The translations under genes were made by a program, and so were the position numbers. From NCBI RefSeq assembly GCF_000026545.1, contig NC_011601.1: a stretch of DNA of 64,000 nucleotides. One strand, 5' to 3'. Positions 35,377-46,061 of the stretch are shown one piece after another (the first letter of the stretch is position 1; each line of letters begins with the position of its first letter). The stretch is from Escherichia coli O127:H6 str. E2348/69. GTDB lineage: Bacteria > Pseudomonadota > Gammaproteobacteria > Enterobacterales > Enterobacteriaceae. The notes below the pieces were generated by a model. The model was not told the origin of the DNA and ran no database searches. It worked only from the letters and a program-made list of their open reading frames with translations.

Positions 35377-35679
35377 TTACTCCGTTGATACCAGTAAATG
35401 ACTGAGGCCGCCCAGATCAGTTTTCGTGGGATAATCCTGTGTGTTGTCATCGCAGACCACCACCAGCTTAAAACCAAGTCCCATACAGGCGTACTGCGCC
35501 AGCAGATCAGCGCCAGTGACGAGAGGAATACCGGAGATTACCGGCTCCCCTCTGTCGTTCTGCAGGTCCATAATCCAGTAAGGATCGCGCCATATGATGC
35601 TAATCCGCCAGGTGACACCACCCAGGACGATGCTGAACTGCTGGTTGTCCGCTGTCAGCGGAATTTCCTGAATTGTCAT
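35377..35679 (-). CDS. Small tail protein
   Basis: 100 aa, 4-bp overlap with neighbours in the tail module. Confidence 0.45.
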   Translation of the reverse strand: MTIQEIPLTADNQQFSIVLGGVTWRISIIWRDPYWIMDLQNDRGEPVISGIPLVTGADLLAQYACMGLGFKLVVVCDDNTQDYPTKTDLGGLSHLLVSTE

Positions 35680-36266
35680 TAGCCGCCTCCCAGTAATGAC
35701 GCCACGTTACCAGTGATGCTTTTCAGCAGTGAAGTATCTGGAGGCTTTGTGGTTTTGTTGCCGCTGTTCTGTACCGCCGACGTGCTGGCCCCTTCCTTCA
35801 TGTTGGTTTTATCCGCGACGGTAATCTGCTGTGTCCGGGAGATAAGGACCTCCCTCAGGGTGAGGACGGCGGACAGGACGTTTTCGGTTGTCTTGTCCGT
35901 CGTCACTTCCAGCGCCCGGATCAACATGTTGCTGTACAGTCGTTTACCGGTTACCACATCGAAGGGGATACGGCTTTCCTGCAGATCCAGTAGCTCCTGA
36001 TACGTCTGCTGAGGACTCAGGCCGAGCAGGCTGGTAGCCGTCAGATTACTGGCAAAATCCAGCAATGCGCCGCCACCGGCGAAACCAACCTCCATCACCA
36101 CTTCTGACGGTTTTTTATAGGCATGATCAGCGACAGCGGCCCCGACCTCTACCGGATGCTCTGTTATTTCAAGCATATCTGTATGCTTCTCTGAAATAAC
36201 AACACTGGGAACAATCATTCCTATTTTTCTGCTCTGCTGATGAAAAAGTGTAGAGAGAATATCCAC
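35679..36266 (-). CDS. Tail protein (Mu gpP-like position)
   Basis: 195 aa directly downstream of the tape measure gene. Confidence 0.45.
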   Translation of the reverse strand: MDILSTLFHQQSRKIGMIVPSVVISEKHTDMLEITEHPVEVGAAVADHAYKKPSEVVMEVGFAGGGALLDFASNLTATSLLGLSPQQTYQELLDLQESRIPFDVVTGKRLYSNMLIRALEVTTDKTTENVLSAVLTLREVLISRTQQITVADKTNMKEGASTSAVQNSGNKTTKPPDTSLLKSITGNVASLLGGG

Positions 36267-38275
36267 TAACCCACCCTCACCTGATTACTTCGCATGACCT
36301 GAGCATTTGCAGACTGTTGCCGACGTGCAACCTCATTACCGACAGCGTGCGGATCTCCGCCACCGTAAATGTGGTAAGTATTTTGCTGGTTAACCTCTGT
36401 CATTTTGCCACTAATTCCCGTCACGGCAGCCTTATTAATCAGCTCTCGAGAATAGATATTTCTTCCATTTTCATGCTGGATAATGCTGCTCATCAATGCT
36501 GACATGGTTTGCGGATCGCTCATATTCAGGGCAGCCCGGGGATCCACTCCCAGTCGTTGCGATACAGCCCTGATATACGCAGTTGTGTTGTTATTATCAG
36601 ACGCAGGTGCCCAGGTAGAGATAATTTTCTCCACGCTGTTTATTCCACGTCCGGCGTACAACATTAACTGACGAGCAAGAGCCCGTAATCCATCAAAAGC
36701 AGTTTCAAATCTGGCAAATCGCCCGCCCGGGCGTTCAAGAGAAGCCCCTGCCTGACCAGCAAAATTAAGGTTTCCCGGATTGTTATTCCGTTCTCCTCGT
36801 TTCGTAGCCTGTGCATATTGTTCCGGCTCATCATCACCAAACCAGCCGCGTACCGTCCGGCCCACACTGCGGGGATCGAATCCCCAGTGCTCTTTAATCC
36901 AGTCGGCAGTACTGTTAGCGCTGTCTGTAACCATCGGCATCGCTGACGGATTTTCGCTGCCCTGATTAAGTATCTGTTTGCCGATGCTGACGGCATCAGC
37001 CCAGCGGCCATCTTTGATAGCGTTGAGCAGGTCGGCGATCATGTTCAGCATTTTGCTGAATTCGCCCATCTGGTCGATGAAGTTGCTGAAATCCCACTTC
37101 AGGGACCATGATTTGGGGTCAATATTGAGCAGTTTCGCCAGCGCTTTCACCAGTTCATTAACAGACCCTTTCAGGTCACGAACCATCTTCAGCGCGGCAT
37201 CGACCTCCGGCTTCCACTTGCCCCAGTCAATCAGGCTGTCGCCGCCTTCCTTCCAGGTCTGATAGTCCTCCCACAGAAGGGCAATCCCCGCCGCCAGCGC
37301 GGTAATGAGGCCAATCGGCGACATCCAGAACGTACTGTTCAGAATGCGCAGCGCAATCGTCAGCGCGCCAAACAGCGAGATGAGCTCCCGCGTTTGCTTA
37401 TCCAGCGATTGCCACCAGGTGATAAGGCTGGATGTTCCCTCAATTAGCCTGAAGAACAGCCGCCCGATGATGTCTCCGAGCGCCAGAATGCCTTTTATGG
37501 CTTTCGTCAGGGTCTGCTCGATGCGCGGGAAGTTATCGAGGATGTGGCGGCGCAGTGTGTCCAGCGAACCCGCCAGACCACCAGCAAGATTAGAGCCGAT
37601 TTTGTCACGGGCCATGCCTGCCATCGCGCCGAACTCGCGCAGGGAGGTCATGAATTTGTTGGAGCTTCTGGCCGCCTCGTCAGTATTGAAGCCGATAGCT
37701 TTCGCCATTGCGCTGTACTGCCCGGAGAAATCACCCACACCCCGGCGCATCGCCATGAGGGTATTTTCGTCAATACCCAGCATCTGCGCATACTGGTTAG
37801 CCCGGTAATACGGCATGCTGCTGAGCTTCTGTCCGACACCCGTAAAAATAGCGGCCATGTCGCGCATGTTGCCGCTGGCGTCACGGGTCTGTACGCCCAG
37901 GCGATTCAGAAAGCCTTCTGCACCGGGATTGTTACGAATAAACCGGGAGAGGCTTTCCAGAGAAGATCGCGCAGCGTCCACGCTGCCGCCAACCTGCGAA
38001 ACCGCATAGCCAATAGACTGAATCCCCTGAACCGTCGCGCCGGTGCGCTGTGACGCCCAGTAGAGATTATCCAGACCGGAGGCGATCTTGGCCGTGAAGG
38101 CCACCACGGACAGCGCAGCTCCTTCAACAGCCAGCCCCATTTTGATGACATTTGCAGTTGTACCGGCGAGGACAGAACCGAATTTTTTCGCGCCTGCATC
38201 ATCCACACTGAAGCCAAGCGAGACAAGGAAATCTTTAATAGTTTCAGCGTTCATTATCCTCTCTCCATTTCTCAA
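36266..38275 (-). CDS. Tail tape measure protein
   Basis: 669 aa; Gly/Ala-rich, long helical segments; position after tail assembly chaperone. Confidence 0.7.
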   Translation of the reverse strand: MRNGERIMNAETIKDFLVSLGFSVDDAGAKKFGSVLAGTTANVIKMGLAVEGAALSVVAFTAKIASGLDNLYWASQRTGATVQGIQSIGYAVSQVGGSVDAARSSLESLSRFIRNNPGAEGFLNRLGVQTRDASGNMRDMAAIFTGVGQKLSSMPYYRANQYAQMLGIDENTLMAMRRGVGDFSGQYSAMAKAIGFNTDEAARSSNKFMTSLREFGAMAGMARDKIGSNLAGGLAGSLDTLRRHILDNFPRIEQTLTKAIKGILALGDIIGRLFFRLIEGTSSLITWWQSLDKQTRELISLFGALTIALRILNSTFWMSPIGLITALAAGIALLWEDYQTWKEGGDSLIDWGKWKPEVDAALKMVRDLKGSVNELVKALAKLLNIDPKSWSLKWDFSNFIDQMGEFSKMLNMIADLLNAIKDGRWADAVSIGKQILNQGSENPSAMPMVTDSANSTADWIKEHWGFDPRSVGRTVRGWFGDDEPEQYAQATKRGERNNNPGNLNFAGQAGASLERPGGRFARFETAFDGLRALARQLMLYAGRGINSVEKIISTWAPASDNNNTTAYIRAVSQRLGVDPRAALNMSDPQTMSALMSSIIQHENGRNIYSRELINKAAVTGISGKMTEVNQQNTYHIYGGGDPHAVGNEVARRQQSANAQVMRSNQVRVG

Positions 38276-38431
38276 TGCGCCGCTGGTTATCCGCTTTTAC
38301 CGCCAGATGGTCATTCAAGAGAGCAATGTCATACAAATCGACAGAGCCATCTTTAAGTGCTGTATAAGGAATTAACCCGGCGTCAACCGGATTGAGAAGG
38401 TAGGACAGCCCGTCCGGCAGGCTGTTAAACG

Positions 38432-38884
38432 TCAGCCCTGTTGCAGGCTCTGCGTCGTGCTGGTAAGGGGTGTAGGCAAAAAATTTCCCAGCGAATCGGC
38501 GACCACCCGCGCCACCAGCTGCAGCATGGTTAGCAGGTCGATATCATCGAACATCAGCTGACCGCTGTTGAATACCGGCGTCCATCCGTCCATGTGCTTA
38601 CGTGACACTACGGCCAGGCAAGGATGAATAATCGCGTTGGTATCTTCTTCAGTCAGGGAAGACAGTTCCTCAGCGATACGCGGGAGCATGGCTTCAAACA
38701 CCGGTTTTAACTGCTCGAATTTCACGGTGTCGATTTTGCCGTCGGCAGGCAAACGGGAGCGAATGCTCCCGAAATCTGACATCATTCCTGCCAGCACCGG
38801 CAGAAGTTTGCGGGTCACTTTCAGCTGATCAAAAACGCTGAGTTTTGCCGCGCGATATTTCACGCCTTTGATTTCGAATTCCAT
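38432..38884 (-). CDS. Tail assembly chaperone
   Basis: 150 aa acidic protein between tube and tape measure genes. Confidence 0.6.
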   Translation of the reverse strand: MEFEIKGVKYRAAKLSVFDQLKVTRKLLPVLAGMMSDFGSIRSRLPADGKIDTVKFEQLKPVFEAMLPRIAEELSSLTEEDTNAIIHPCLAVVSRKHMDGWTPVFNSGQLMFDDIDLLTMLQLVARVVADSLGNFLPTPLTSTTQSLQQG

Positions 38885-38887
38885 GTA

Positions 38888-39328
38888 TTAAAACTCCCCG
38901 AGAACCTGGTCAATCTTGCCGCAGTCAAACACCCACGGCATCGTATTACCGGCCTTAGCGTTGGCGTTATCCGGCTGTTTCTGGAACGCCACGCTGCGCG
39001 CCGTGATGATGTCTCCGCTCACCTTGTTTCGGATCACAATGACGTTGTTCCCCCAGGTGCCTGAGGACTGACTCTGCGCGTTGTACGCCAGCGACAGCTT
39101 TTTGTTTGTCGGCGAGGTTTTCAGCAGGTTGACGGTTACCGTGCCGCTTTTGTCCGCGTGCAGGCTGTGCATCACTTCGCCGTCAGCACCGATGGTCATG
39201 GTGTTTTTGGGACCGCCCATTGCAACAGTGATCCCCTCCTCTGAACTGGCGGAACCGTAGCCAAGATCAATCTCGCCGGTCGGGCCGGAGAGGGACGCCG
39301 TAACGTCCATAAAAGAATAAGTAGCCAT
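38888..39328 (-). CDS. Tail tube protein
   Basis: 146 aa, follows the sheath gene. Confidence 0.65.
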   Translation of the reverse strand: MATYSFMDVTASLSGPTGEIDLGYGSASSEEGITVAMGGPKNTMTIGADGEVMHSLHADKSGTVTVNLLKTSPTNKKLSLAYNAQSQSSGTWGNNVIVIRNKVSGDIITARSVAFQKQPDNANAKAGNTMPWVFDCGKIDQVLGEF

Positions 39329-39339
39329 TCATGTTCTCC

Positions 39340-40485
39340 TTAGCGAACGACGTTGATCTGCACATCGGCATAATGAACTGCGCCAGCCAGCTTACAGGCC
39401 ACCTGAATTAACGGTGCTTTGCGAGCTTCTCGGTCGGCCTGCGCCTGTTCGGACAGAGGTTGCGCATACACGTAATAACCTTTGGTCAGCGTATCGCCGG
39501 AATTCAGCTGTCCGATAGGGCCACCATTCCACACGCCAGCCGCTACCAGACCGTTCGTGACGGACTGATCCATGGACTGTTCAACGTTGGAAAGCAGACG
39601 GGTCACACCGGCATCAGTCTGCGGAATTTTGGTGGTGCTGGTGTAAAGCAGGTTATAGAGGTTGGTCTGCACATAATTCTGTAACCAGTCCAGGCCGTGG
39701 CGTTCATCAAAGAAATCGCCGTTAGCCATCACTCCCTGCTGGAGGATAGCCGTATCATTCTGGTAGTACACGAACACATTGCAGTTTTTTGCGTCAAGTG
39801 CCGATGCCTGGCTGACTGTCAGTGTTTCATACCCGACACCCGGCTCCTGCTTAAACTTGAGCGTAATCGCGGTATTACTGCCATTGAAATTAACCGTGAA
39901 TGCCCGGCCAAATGCAGATAACGCAGCGTATTTATTACCCGATGAATACTGAATAAAACTGCGTGAATATCCGGCGGTTTTCAGTTTTGATGCCAAATCA
40001 TCTCTGGATGCAGTCTGCAGGCATTTCTCATCGCTTGTCGTAATCGCCAGAATACGGCTTACAGAAGAGGATTCGATCGCCGCAGCCACTTTCAGCCAGT
40101 CTGCATCCGGAATATCTGCATCGTCTGCAATCCCCAGCCCATACCATGAAGTATAATCAAGCATGGCATTCACAGCCTGCTCCAGCGTCTCAGGCGTGGC
40201 CTGTTCGCTGTCTCCCTTCGTTTTCACCCAACGACCAACAAAAACCTCCTGAGGTTTCGGTGATTGAGAGAAAAACACCTGCGCAGCCTTATATTCTGGT
40301 GATTCCACGCCAAAATCTTTTCCAATATCTTCCGCGGCAGAATAACGGCGAATGCGCTCACTTACCGGAATGATTGTGGACGGGCCGAGAATGAGTAATG
40401 CACCAAAATTTCGCCCTGATGCTGCACGCGGCGACATGATCACATCAACATTAACAACGTTTGATACAGGCAAGCCCTGTGCCAT
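39340..40485 (-). CDS. Contractile tail sheath protein
   Basis: 381 aa, precedes the tube gene in canonical myovirus order. Confidence 0.65.
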   Translation of the reverse strand: MAQGLPVSNVVNVDVIMSPRAASGRNFGALLILGPSTIIPVSERIRRYSAAEDIGKDFGVESPEYKAAQVFFSQSPKPQEVFVGRWVKTKGDSEQATPETLEQAVNAMLDYTSWYGLGIADDADIPDADWLKVAAAIESSSVSRILAITTSDEKCLQTASRDDLASKLKTAGYSRSFIQYSSGNKYAALSAFGRAFTVNFNGSNTAITLKFKQEPGVGYETLTVSQASALDAKNCNVFVYYQNDTAILQQGVMANGDFFDERHGLDWLQNYVQTNLYNLLYTSTTKIPQTDAGVTRLLSNVEQSMDQSVTNGLVAAGVWNGGPIGQLNSGDTLTKGYYVYAQPLSEQAQADREARKAPLIQVACKLAGAVHYADVQINVVR

Positions 40486-40488
40486 AGC

Positions 40489-41055
40489 TTAATCTCCGAA
40501 AAAGATGACTGGTGCTTCCACCAGCGATTTAATACCGTACTCGCGCACAACCTTCCGGCGCAGACGCACCGTCATATCGTAGCGGCGGACCCATTGCTGA
40601 TTAATAAGTTCAGGGAAGGGAGTCAGACCTGTGTAATCGCCAAGAGACAGCCCCAGCGCATTCAGTGCTGCATTGTTCTGCGGCACAGATATACCGTCAC
40701 GAAACCGGGACGCATACACCATCCCCGCCGGTCCATAAAACGAAGCCATACACTCAATCGTTTCATGCCGCCAGAGCTGAGAGCCATTATCGGTCTGTCT
40801 GGTGAATGCCGGACTGTCATCACCTGACCATCCGATAACCCCAAACGCACACCAGTTCGTTTCAACCGGTAGCAGTGGCGGCTGCTCTTTCTGCCAGCGC
40901 GGGCGAACCATCCCGGCAGACAGGCCGGAAACGTTACGCATCCACTGGCTTAACAGCCTGTCGAGCGCTTCGTCATAATCCGGATCGCCACTGGTTGGTA
41001 TTAACCATCCGCGCTCTGTACTGGTGTTATTGCTCAATCGGAGTTCCCCCATCAA
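40489..41055 (-). CDS. Phage structural protein (neck/tail completion region)
   Basis: 188 aa ORF in the late operon between head and sheath genes. Confidence 0.45.
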   Translation of the reverse strand: MMGELRLSNNTSTERGWLIPTSGDPDYDEALDRLLSQWMRNVSGLSAGMVRPRWQKEQPPLLPVETNWCAFGVIGWSGDDSPAFTRQTDNGSQLWRHETIECMASFYGPAGMVYASRFRDGISVPQNNAALNALGLSLGDYTGLTPFPELINQQWVRRYDMTVRLRRKVVREYGIKSLVEAPVIFFGD

Positions 41056-41416
41056 ACGGCATCAACTCACAATGCGCCTGAACGAATCCGGCCCCATAAG
41101 CTGTATACGGGTCGACGAAGGTCACACGATAATCACGACCCTGATACGTCACGATATCGGCATCACGGCCAGTCTGTCCCTGCGTCAGTCGCTCAGTCGT
41201 CACAATCAGAATTGCACCGCTGATTACCTGCCCTGCCTGCATACGGCGGTTTTCCAGAGAGCGATCAACAGTTACGACTCCGGCAAACTGCTTTTTAACT
41301 TCACTGTCGCTGCCGATCCCGTCCTCATCAACCGTTTGCACTCGGCGTGTTACCCACAAATTGAAGTCGCAAAAATCGGGGTCAAAAAGCACATCTGTTA
41401 CATCAAGAGTCGGCAT
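41027..41416 (-). CDS. Phage structural protein (head-tail joining region)
   Basis: 129 aa ORF, colinear with late operon. Confidence 0.45.
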   Translation of the reverse strand: MPTLDVTDVLFDPDFCDFNLWVTRRVQTVDEDGIGSDSEVKKQFAGVVTVDRSLENRRMQAGQVISGAILIVTTERLTQGQTGRDADIVTYQGRDYRVTFVDPYTAYGAGFVQAHCELMPFDGGTPIEQ

Positions 41417-41957
41417 CTTTATCCCTCACTACATGGGTAATCGCTCTGCGATATTGCCCGGTGTCAATTAATGGTTTCGCCAGTTCGGTTCCCGGGGATT
41501 CGCCAGCAGCACGCCGGGTAAGTTCCAGTGTTGCCCCCTTGCGCCCCCGACGAGCCCGGGCTTCAACAGTACTGTCAGCAAGCGGCGTAAAGCCGGTAAT
41601 GGTCATGTAACGCCTGACGCCATTAGCGGCCAGCGTTCCGGCACGGTTGAGCGCTCTTTCCGCACCCGCCGCATTACCATCAAGCGCAGCCTGCGCCGCT
41701 GCTTTGAGCTGCGGCACTGTCTGTTCTTCTACCGATTTAACGCCGGGGACCAGGTGAGGTCGTGGCGGGATGTTTTGCGCCGGTGAGCCGTATTCGTTGA
41801 GGTAACCGATGCCCGCATTACCAAACGGAACATCATCCCGCTCGCTGTCTTCCGAAGGGATGCCGACCAGCACATCTTTTTTGGTTAACGACCTGAGCGC
41901 ATCCAGAATGGCCTGAGCGTTATCCACCCTCGTTGTTACACCGCTTTTGAAACTCAT
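41403..41957 (-). CDS. Virion morphogenesis/head completion protein
   Basis: 184 aa ORF, colinear with late operon. Confidence 0.45.
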   Translation of the reverse strand: MSFKSGVTTRVDNAQAILDALRSLTKKDVLVGIPSEDSERDDVPFGNAGIGYLNEYGSPAQNIPPRPHLVPGVKSVEEQTVPQLKAAAQAALDGNAAGAERALNRAGTLAANGVRRYMTITGFTPLADSTVEARARRGRKGATLELTRRAAGESPGTELAKPLIDTGQYRRAITHVVRDKDADS

Positions 41958-42361
41958 AGCTGGCGACCGCCTGCACCGAACATCGTGATCAACTGATAAA
42001 ATTCAGCGCCATATCGGGTGTTATTCCAGAAACCTGCATCAGGATTCAGCGTCGCGCTGGTGTCATAACTGACGCTTACCTTATCCACGGACTTTGAGGA
42101 CTGAACACCATTGGTTGAACCGCCCGGACCACCAGCCAGCATCGCCCAGCTGTCTGCCGCCCAGAGCGTCATGTAGTGCGCAACGAACAACCCGGCAAAG
42201 TACGGAAACAACTTTTTTCCGGTGACGTTTTCGCTCAGCAGTTCATCGGCCAGATTCAGACGAAACTGGATTTGCGCTTCGGGATATTTGGCAGGGTCAG
42301 CAAACTGCGGGAAGTCGCGGCGAAAATCACTTACCGCTGGCAGACTTTGATTCTTTGGCAT
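41954..42361 (-). CDS. Head-tail connector protein
   Basis: 135 aa ORF with 4-bp overlap. Confidence 0.45.
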   Translation of the reverse strand: MPKNQSLPAVSDFRRDFPQFADPAKYPEAQIQFRLNLADELLSENVTGKKLFPYFAGLFVAHYMTLWAADSWAMLAGGPGGSTNGVQSSKSVDKVSVSYDTSATLNPDAGFWNNTRYGAEFYQLITMFGAGGRQL

Positions 42362-42548
42362 TTTTTACCTCGTTACGCGCGTCTGTGGCTTTGCCAACGG
42401 ATACTTCCGCGTGCGCACGAGTGAACCAGTGCGTGGCAACGTCTTCCTCCACTGCATGACGTCCTTTAACAAACTCGCGCCGCGAACCGTCGGGAAGCGT
42501 GAGCACAAACAGGGTATGTACGTGTATTACTGCATTATTTTTTGCCAT
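42327..42548 (-). CDS. Small head-associated protein
   Basis: 73 aa ORF downstream of the major capsid gene. Confidence 0.35.
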   Translation of the reverse strand: MAKNNAVIHVHTLFVLTLPDGSRREFVKGRHAVEEDVATHWFTRAHAEVSVGKATDARNEVKNAKESKSASGK

Positions 42549-42589
42549 CGGGTCATCCTTAATGGCCCCGCCAGGGGGCCATATGGCTG

Positions 42590-43531
42590 TTAAATGCCAT
42601 CAACGTACGAAATGGTTTCTTTGTACACTGGCTCGACTGCACCCAGCTTGCCGTAGTAGGTCGCAATCTGGTACAGACCGCGATACTGCACCGGCACGCT
42701 CTGAAGCGGAACCAGCGGGTAGCGGACGTATTTTTTATCGTTGGTGTACGCAACCATGCGATCCTTATTCCCCACACCACGGCCTTTCAGCCATTTAACC
42801 GCGCGGATATTCAGCGGAACACCGTTCTGGTGATAGCTGATGGTGTTGGTCTGAAGGTACGTCAACAGGGACTGGTTACCCGCAGATGAAACGATGATGC
42901 TGGACAACAGAGCAAACTGCTCAGGCGGGATCAGCAAATCACGCGGAACCACAGAGTAACCGGAAGCGGCCCACGCATCAGACAGCACCTGGTTAATGCT
43001 TGCGCGGATTTCGTCCGGTGTTGAGGTTGCCCACGTTTTGGCAGCGTTGTTGACAGGAACACCGTTCAGGGTAACAAGGCCTTTCAGGTTTAATGCGGAA
43101 TCGCCAACATACACCTGTTCATCGTTATCCATCTGCCATTTCAGTTGCATCCCGTCATACTTCTGCGTATCGATCGGGCGTCCGACCTGCTGAGCAGCCT
43201 GCAATTCTATGACCGTCCAGCCAAGTTCCATCCCCCACAGGTTCAGCGGGTTACCGGATTTGCCGATATCCACGTTTACGCCAGCAATAGCGGTTGAGTC
43301 TTTGCCTACCCAGTTTTTGCCATTCGGATTTGCACCAGTACCCGCAGCGGCGAAGCTGGTATTCGTCCAGCTGGAAATGTCATCTGCGATAGAGACATCT
43401 TCACGCAACTGAATATCGCGGGTCCAGGTGTACCCCACCAGTGGCAGGTTCAGCGTCTGGTCGAGTCGCTCCAGCTCCCCGATGAGAAAGGCACCAGAGC
43501 TGTCAACGGTTGCCTGATCAAAAGTAATCAT
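42590..43531 (-). CDS. Major capsid protein
   Basis: 313 aa; follows decoration and scaffold genes. Confidence 0.7.
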   Translation of the reverse strand: MITFDQATVDSSGAFLIGELERLDQTLNLPLVGYTWTRDIQLREDVSIADDISSWTNTSFAAAGTGANPNGKNWVGKDSTAIAGVNVDIGKSGNPLNLWGMELGWTVIELQAAQQVGRPIDTQKYDGMQLKWQMDNDEQVYVGDSALNLKGLVTLNGVPVNNAAKTWATSTPDEIRASINQVLSDAWAASGYSVVPRDLLIPPEQFALLSSIIVSSAGNQSLLTYLQTNTISYHQNGVPLNIRAVKWLKGRGVGNKDRMVAYTNDKKYVRYPLVPLQSVPVQYRGLYQIATYYGKLGAVEPVYKETISYVDGI

Positions 43532-43542
43532 TCGTCTGTTCC

Positions 43543-44049
43543 TTAAATCTTCCAGGAAATTTCTGCATTGCCGTCAGCATCACCGGCACCTGTGAATTCA
43601 GCGTTGGTCAGCACCACGTTTTTGCCACTGACTGACGTGGACATGAATCCACCCAGCGGCACTTTGATGGATTCATCAGTGGAGACGACAACGTATACCG
43701 GGTCGCCTTTTTTGATGGTGCTGGCATCAAAATCAGAACCGAGGTTAACGGTCACGTAGCCACGCTTCATGGCGTCGCCCGGGAAGTTCTTGCCACTCCC
43801 CACCTGGCGAACCATGTCCGGCTGCGACGTGGTAGGATAAGGGCGCACGTAGATCCCCTTCACCTTGTCTGCGGTATCACCATCTGCCAGCGGCACGAAA
43901 AAACCGTCATCATCGTATTTACCAGCCAGCCCATAGGCAGCGAAGGCGTTATCGGATTTAAGGACCACCGGTTCGACGGTTAAGTCCTGCGGGCGAGAGA
44001 CAGCCCCGGTAATGCCAACAGGCATCCGGTACAGAAATACATTATTCAT
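43543..44049 (-). CDS. Head decoration/structural protein
   Basis: 168 aa between scaffold and major capsid genes. Confidence 0.5.
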   Translation of the reverse strand: MNNVFLYRMPVGITGAVSRPQDLTVEPVVLKSDNAFAAYGLAGKYDDDGFFVPLADGDTADKVKGIYVRPYPTTSQPDMVRQVGSGKNFPGDAMKRGYVTVNLGSDFDASTIKKGDPVYVVVSTDESIKVPLGGFMSTSVSGKNVVLTNAEFTGAGDADGNAEISWKI

Positions 44050-44052
44050 TTT

Positions 44053-45273
44053 TTACCCTTTACGGTTTGCCCAGAATTCAGCGTTTTGTTTGTTCAGGGA
44101 AGCGATACTGGTCATGCCCATGTTTAGGCGCTGTGCATCGCCGGTGGTGGCGCGGGTGTTTCGCCCTTTGGCAATTTCAGACACGGCATTAAACGCCATG
44201 TCGACCGATTGTTTCGGTAATTTGCGGATATCCGCATCACCGACTATCTGGCGAACCAGCGTTTTGTCAGCAGAAGCCAGAACCTCACGTTTGAACGCGG
44301 TCGGTTTCATCTTACGGCTCAGATCGATACCCGGAACGATAACTTCGGCACGCCAGGCTGAGTCACCAGTAATCGTGGTTTCCTCTTCATCGTCCTCGCC
44401 GTCACCGGTCGGATTATCGTCAGGCTTATTGTCGTTATCGCCCGTCGCATTTCCTTCCAGCTTAGCCAGCAGGGCTTTCAGTAATGTTTTGAGGTCATCA
44501 TCACTGTCGCCGGTTGGACCTCCGCCCATCTCTGGTGCTTTGTCCGGTAGCGGTTGCTGCGGGGACAGGTTGATGTTGAGATTAACGCCTTGCGGCAAAT
44601 CCCCCTCATCTCCTGTAACCGATGCGGGAGCCGACTCCACCAGTTCGTTCATGGTGTCAGCGTCACCCGTTTTGATGGCCGTGCGCATGCGGGTCCACCA
44701 GCTTTTCTTTTGATTTGCCATTGTGTCTCTGTCTCCAATTGCACAACGATTTCCGGCTCTGCCTTTAGGGACAAGAGCCACATGGTTTCCGGTAATATCG
44801 ACCTGCTCGGCTTTACCTGGCTCGGTCTGCTCGTACTCCGCGTCATAGCCACACGACACTTCACGCAGGCCATCTTCGATAAGCTGAATAGCGCTTTCGT
44901 CTTTGACGATAAGGTCAGCCAGCATCAAATCAGACTGGTTACCAGTCCCGCGCCGCACATTCTGAAGATGCCCGACAGCAAGCTCTTTCCAGTTCTCGGG
45001 ATTTACCAGCCGCACATTCCCGTTTTCATCTTCAGGATGCAGGATCGTGATGCTCATCCCTTCGAATGAGGCGAGCGTGGCCGGATGGAATACCTGCTCA
45101 GGAGAACGCGTTACGACTATCTCACCGAGCTTGTCGGGTTTGAGGTTTGGCAGATCGGCAGCGCCGTAGAGCTGCTTACCCGTTCGACCTATCGGCACGT
45201 CTTTGCACAGCAGCGAGCCGTCAGCCAGCTGATAGCGGGTTTCCCCCAGCCGGGTATTGAAAAAATATTTCAT
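44053..45273 (-). CDS. Prohead scaffold/protease-like protein
   Basis: 406 aa with highly acidic, Gly/Asp-rich linker and C-terminal helical region. Confidence 0.55.
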   Translation of the reverse strand: MKYFFNTRLGETRYQLADGSLLCKDVPIGRTGKQLYGAADLPNLKPDKLGEIVVTRSPEQVFHPATLASFEGMSITILHPEDENGNVRLVNPENWKELAVGHLQNVRRGTGNQSDLMLADLIVKDESAIQLIEDGLREVSCGYDAEYEQTEPGKAEQVDITGNHVALVPKGRAGNRCAIGDRDTMANQKKSWWTRMRTAIKTGDADTMNELVESAPASVTGDEGDLPQGVNLNINLSPQQPLPDKAPEMGGGPTGDSDDDLKTLLKALLAKLEGNATGDNDNKPDDNPTGDGEDDEEETTITGDSAWRAEVIVPGIDLSRKMKPTAFKREVLASADKTLVRQIVGDADIRKLPKQSVDMAFNAVSEIAKGRNTRATTGDAQRLNMGMTSIASLNKQNAEFWANRKG

Positions 45274-45287
45274 GGTTTACCTGCGAT

Positions 45288-46061
45288 TCAGGCGAGATAA
45301 GAATGAGGGTTGGGGAAGACGATTTCTTTGTAACAGCGGCAGTTCGGCAGCTCACCAGCGTGACCGGTCATACCGTCAAGCGTTGGAGGTCGGCCCCATT
45401 CGACAAACTTACCTTCCATCTCCCGATGAGAATGCCGGACGTCGCCATCTTCGGCTGTACGCCAGATATAACCATTCGAGCCGATTGACAGCGCACGCGC
45501 CTGATCGAGCGCGCCGGTTGCGCGTCCAAGCTCGGTACGGGCGATAAGGTTCGCTCGTGAGCGTGACACGTCACCGGACGCAGCTATCTCTTTCGCGAAT
45601 GGCTCAGCGCGGCCACCAGTCACAACGGCCTCGATGGCTTTGTTCTGAATGTCATACACCCGATCGGCGGCCTCAAGAGGTAGCGATTTGATGTACTTAA
45701 TCTGCTCGGCAACGATGGATTTCATCACCTGGCCTACCGGGGCGCGGTCAACCATGTTGCGCAGCTCTGCACTGATGTTCCGGCTGTGCTGACGCCACTG
45801 CTTTTCATTCTGGCGCGCAATGTCGGCGGTAAAGTTCTCAGCAACCTTCGTCGCCCAGGGGGTGATGATTTCGCTGTAGCGCTCCAGCGCATCCATGATT
45901 TCGGTGACGCTATCGTTTGAACCATCGTAGCGCCTATTTACGATATCCCCGACCGCCCGCGCTATCTGCCGTAGGCTCGTTCGATATCGGATCTCCGCCT
46001 GGCGACTCTGGCGGGTTGTCGCCAAGTTCGCCGATGCCTGGCGGCGCTTCGTCTTCGGCAT
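45288..46061 (-). CDS. Head morphogenesis protein (Mu F-like); start uncertain
   Basis: ORF track start 46061 overlaps the portal 3' end by 128 nt; a downstream Met (about 45896) is an alternative start. Confidence 0.55.
   Translation of the reverse strand: MPKTKRRQASANLATTRQSRQAEIRYRTSLRQIARAVGDIVNRRYDGSNDSVTEIMDALERYSEIITPWATKVAENFTADIARQNEKQWRQHSRNISAELRNMVDRAPVGQVMKSIVAEQIKYIKSLPLEAADRVYDIQNKAIEAVVTGGRAEPFAKEIAASGDVSRSRANLIARTELGRATGALDQARALSIGSNGYIWRTAEDGDVRHSHREMEGKFVEWGRPPTLDGMTGHAGELPNCRCYKEIVFPNPHSYLA

Noticed and set aside
37305-38053. Plus-strand ORFs of 167-169 aa
   Set aside because: Antisense within the tape measure gene.
44012-45069. Plus-strand ORFs of 171-233 aa
   Set aside because: Antisense to the scaffold/protease gene; Ser/Pro-rich shadow translations.
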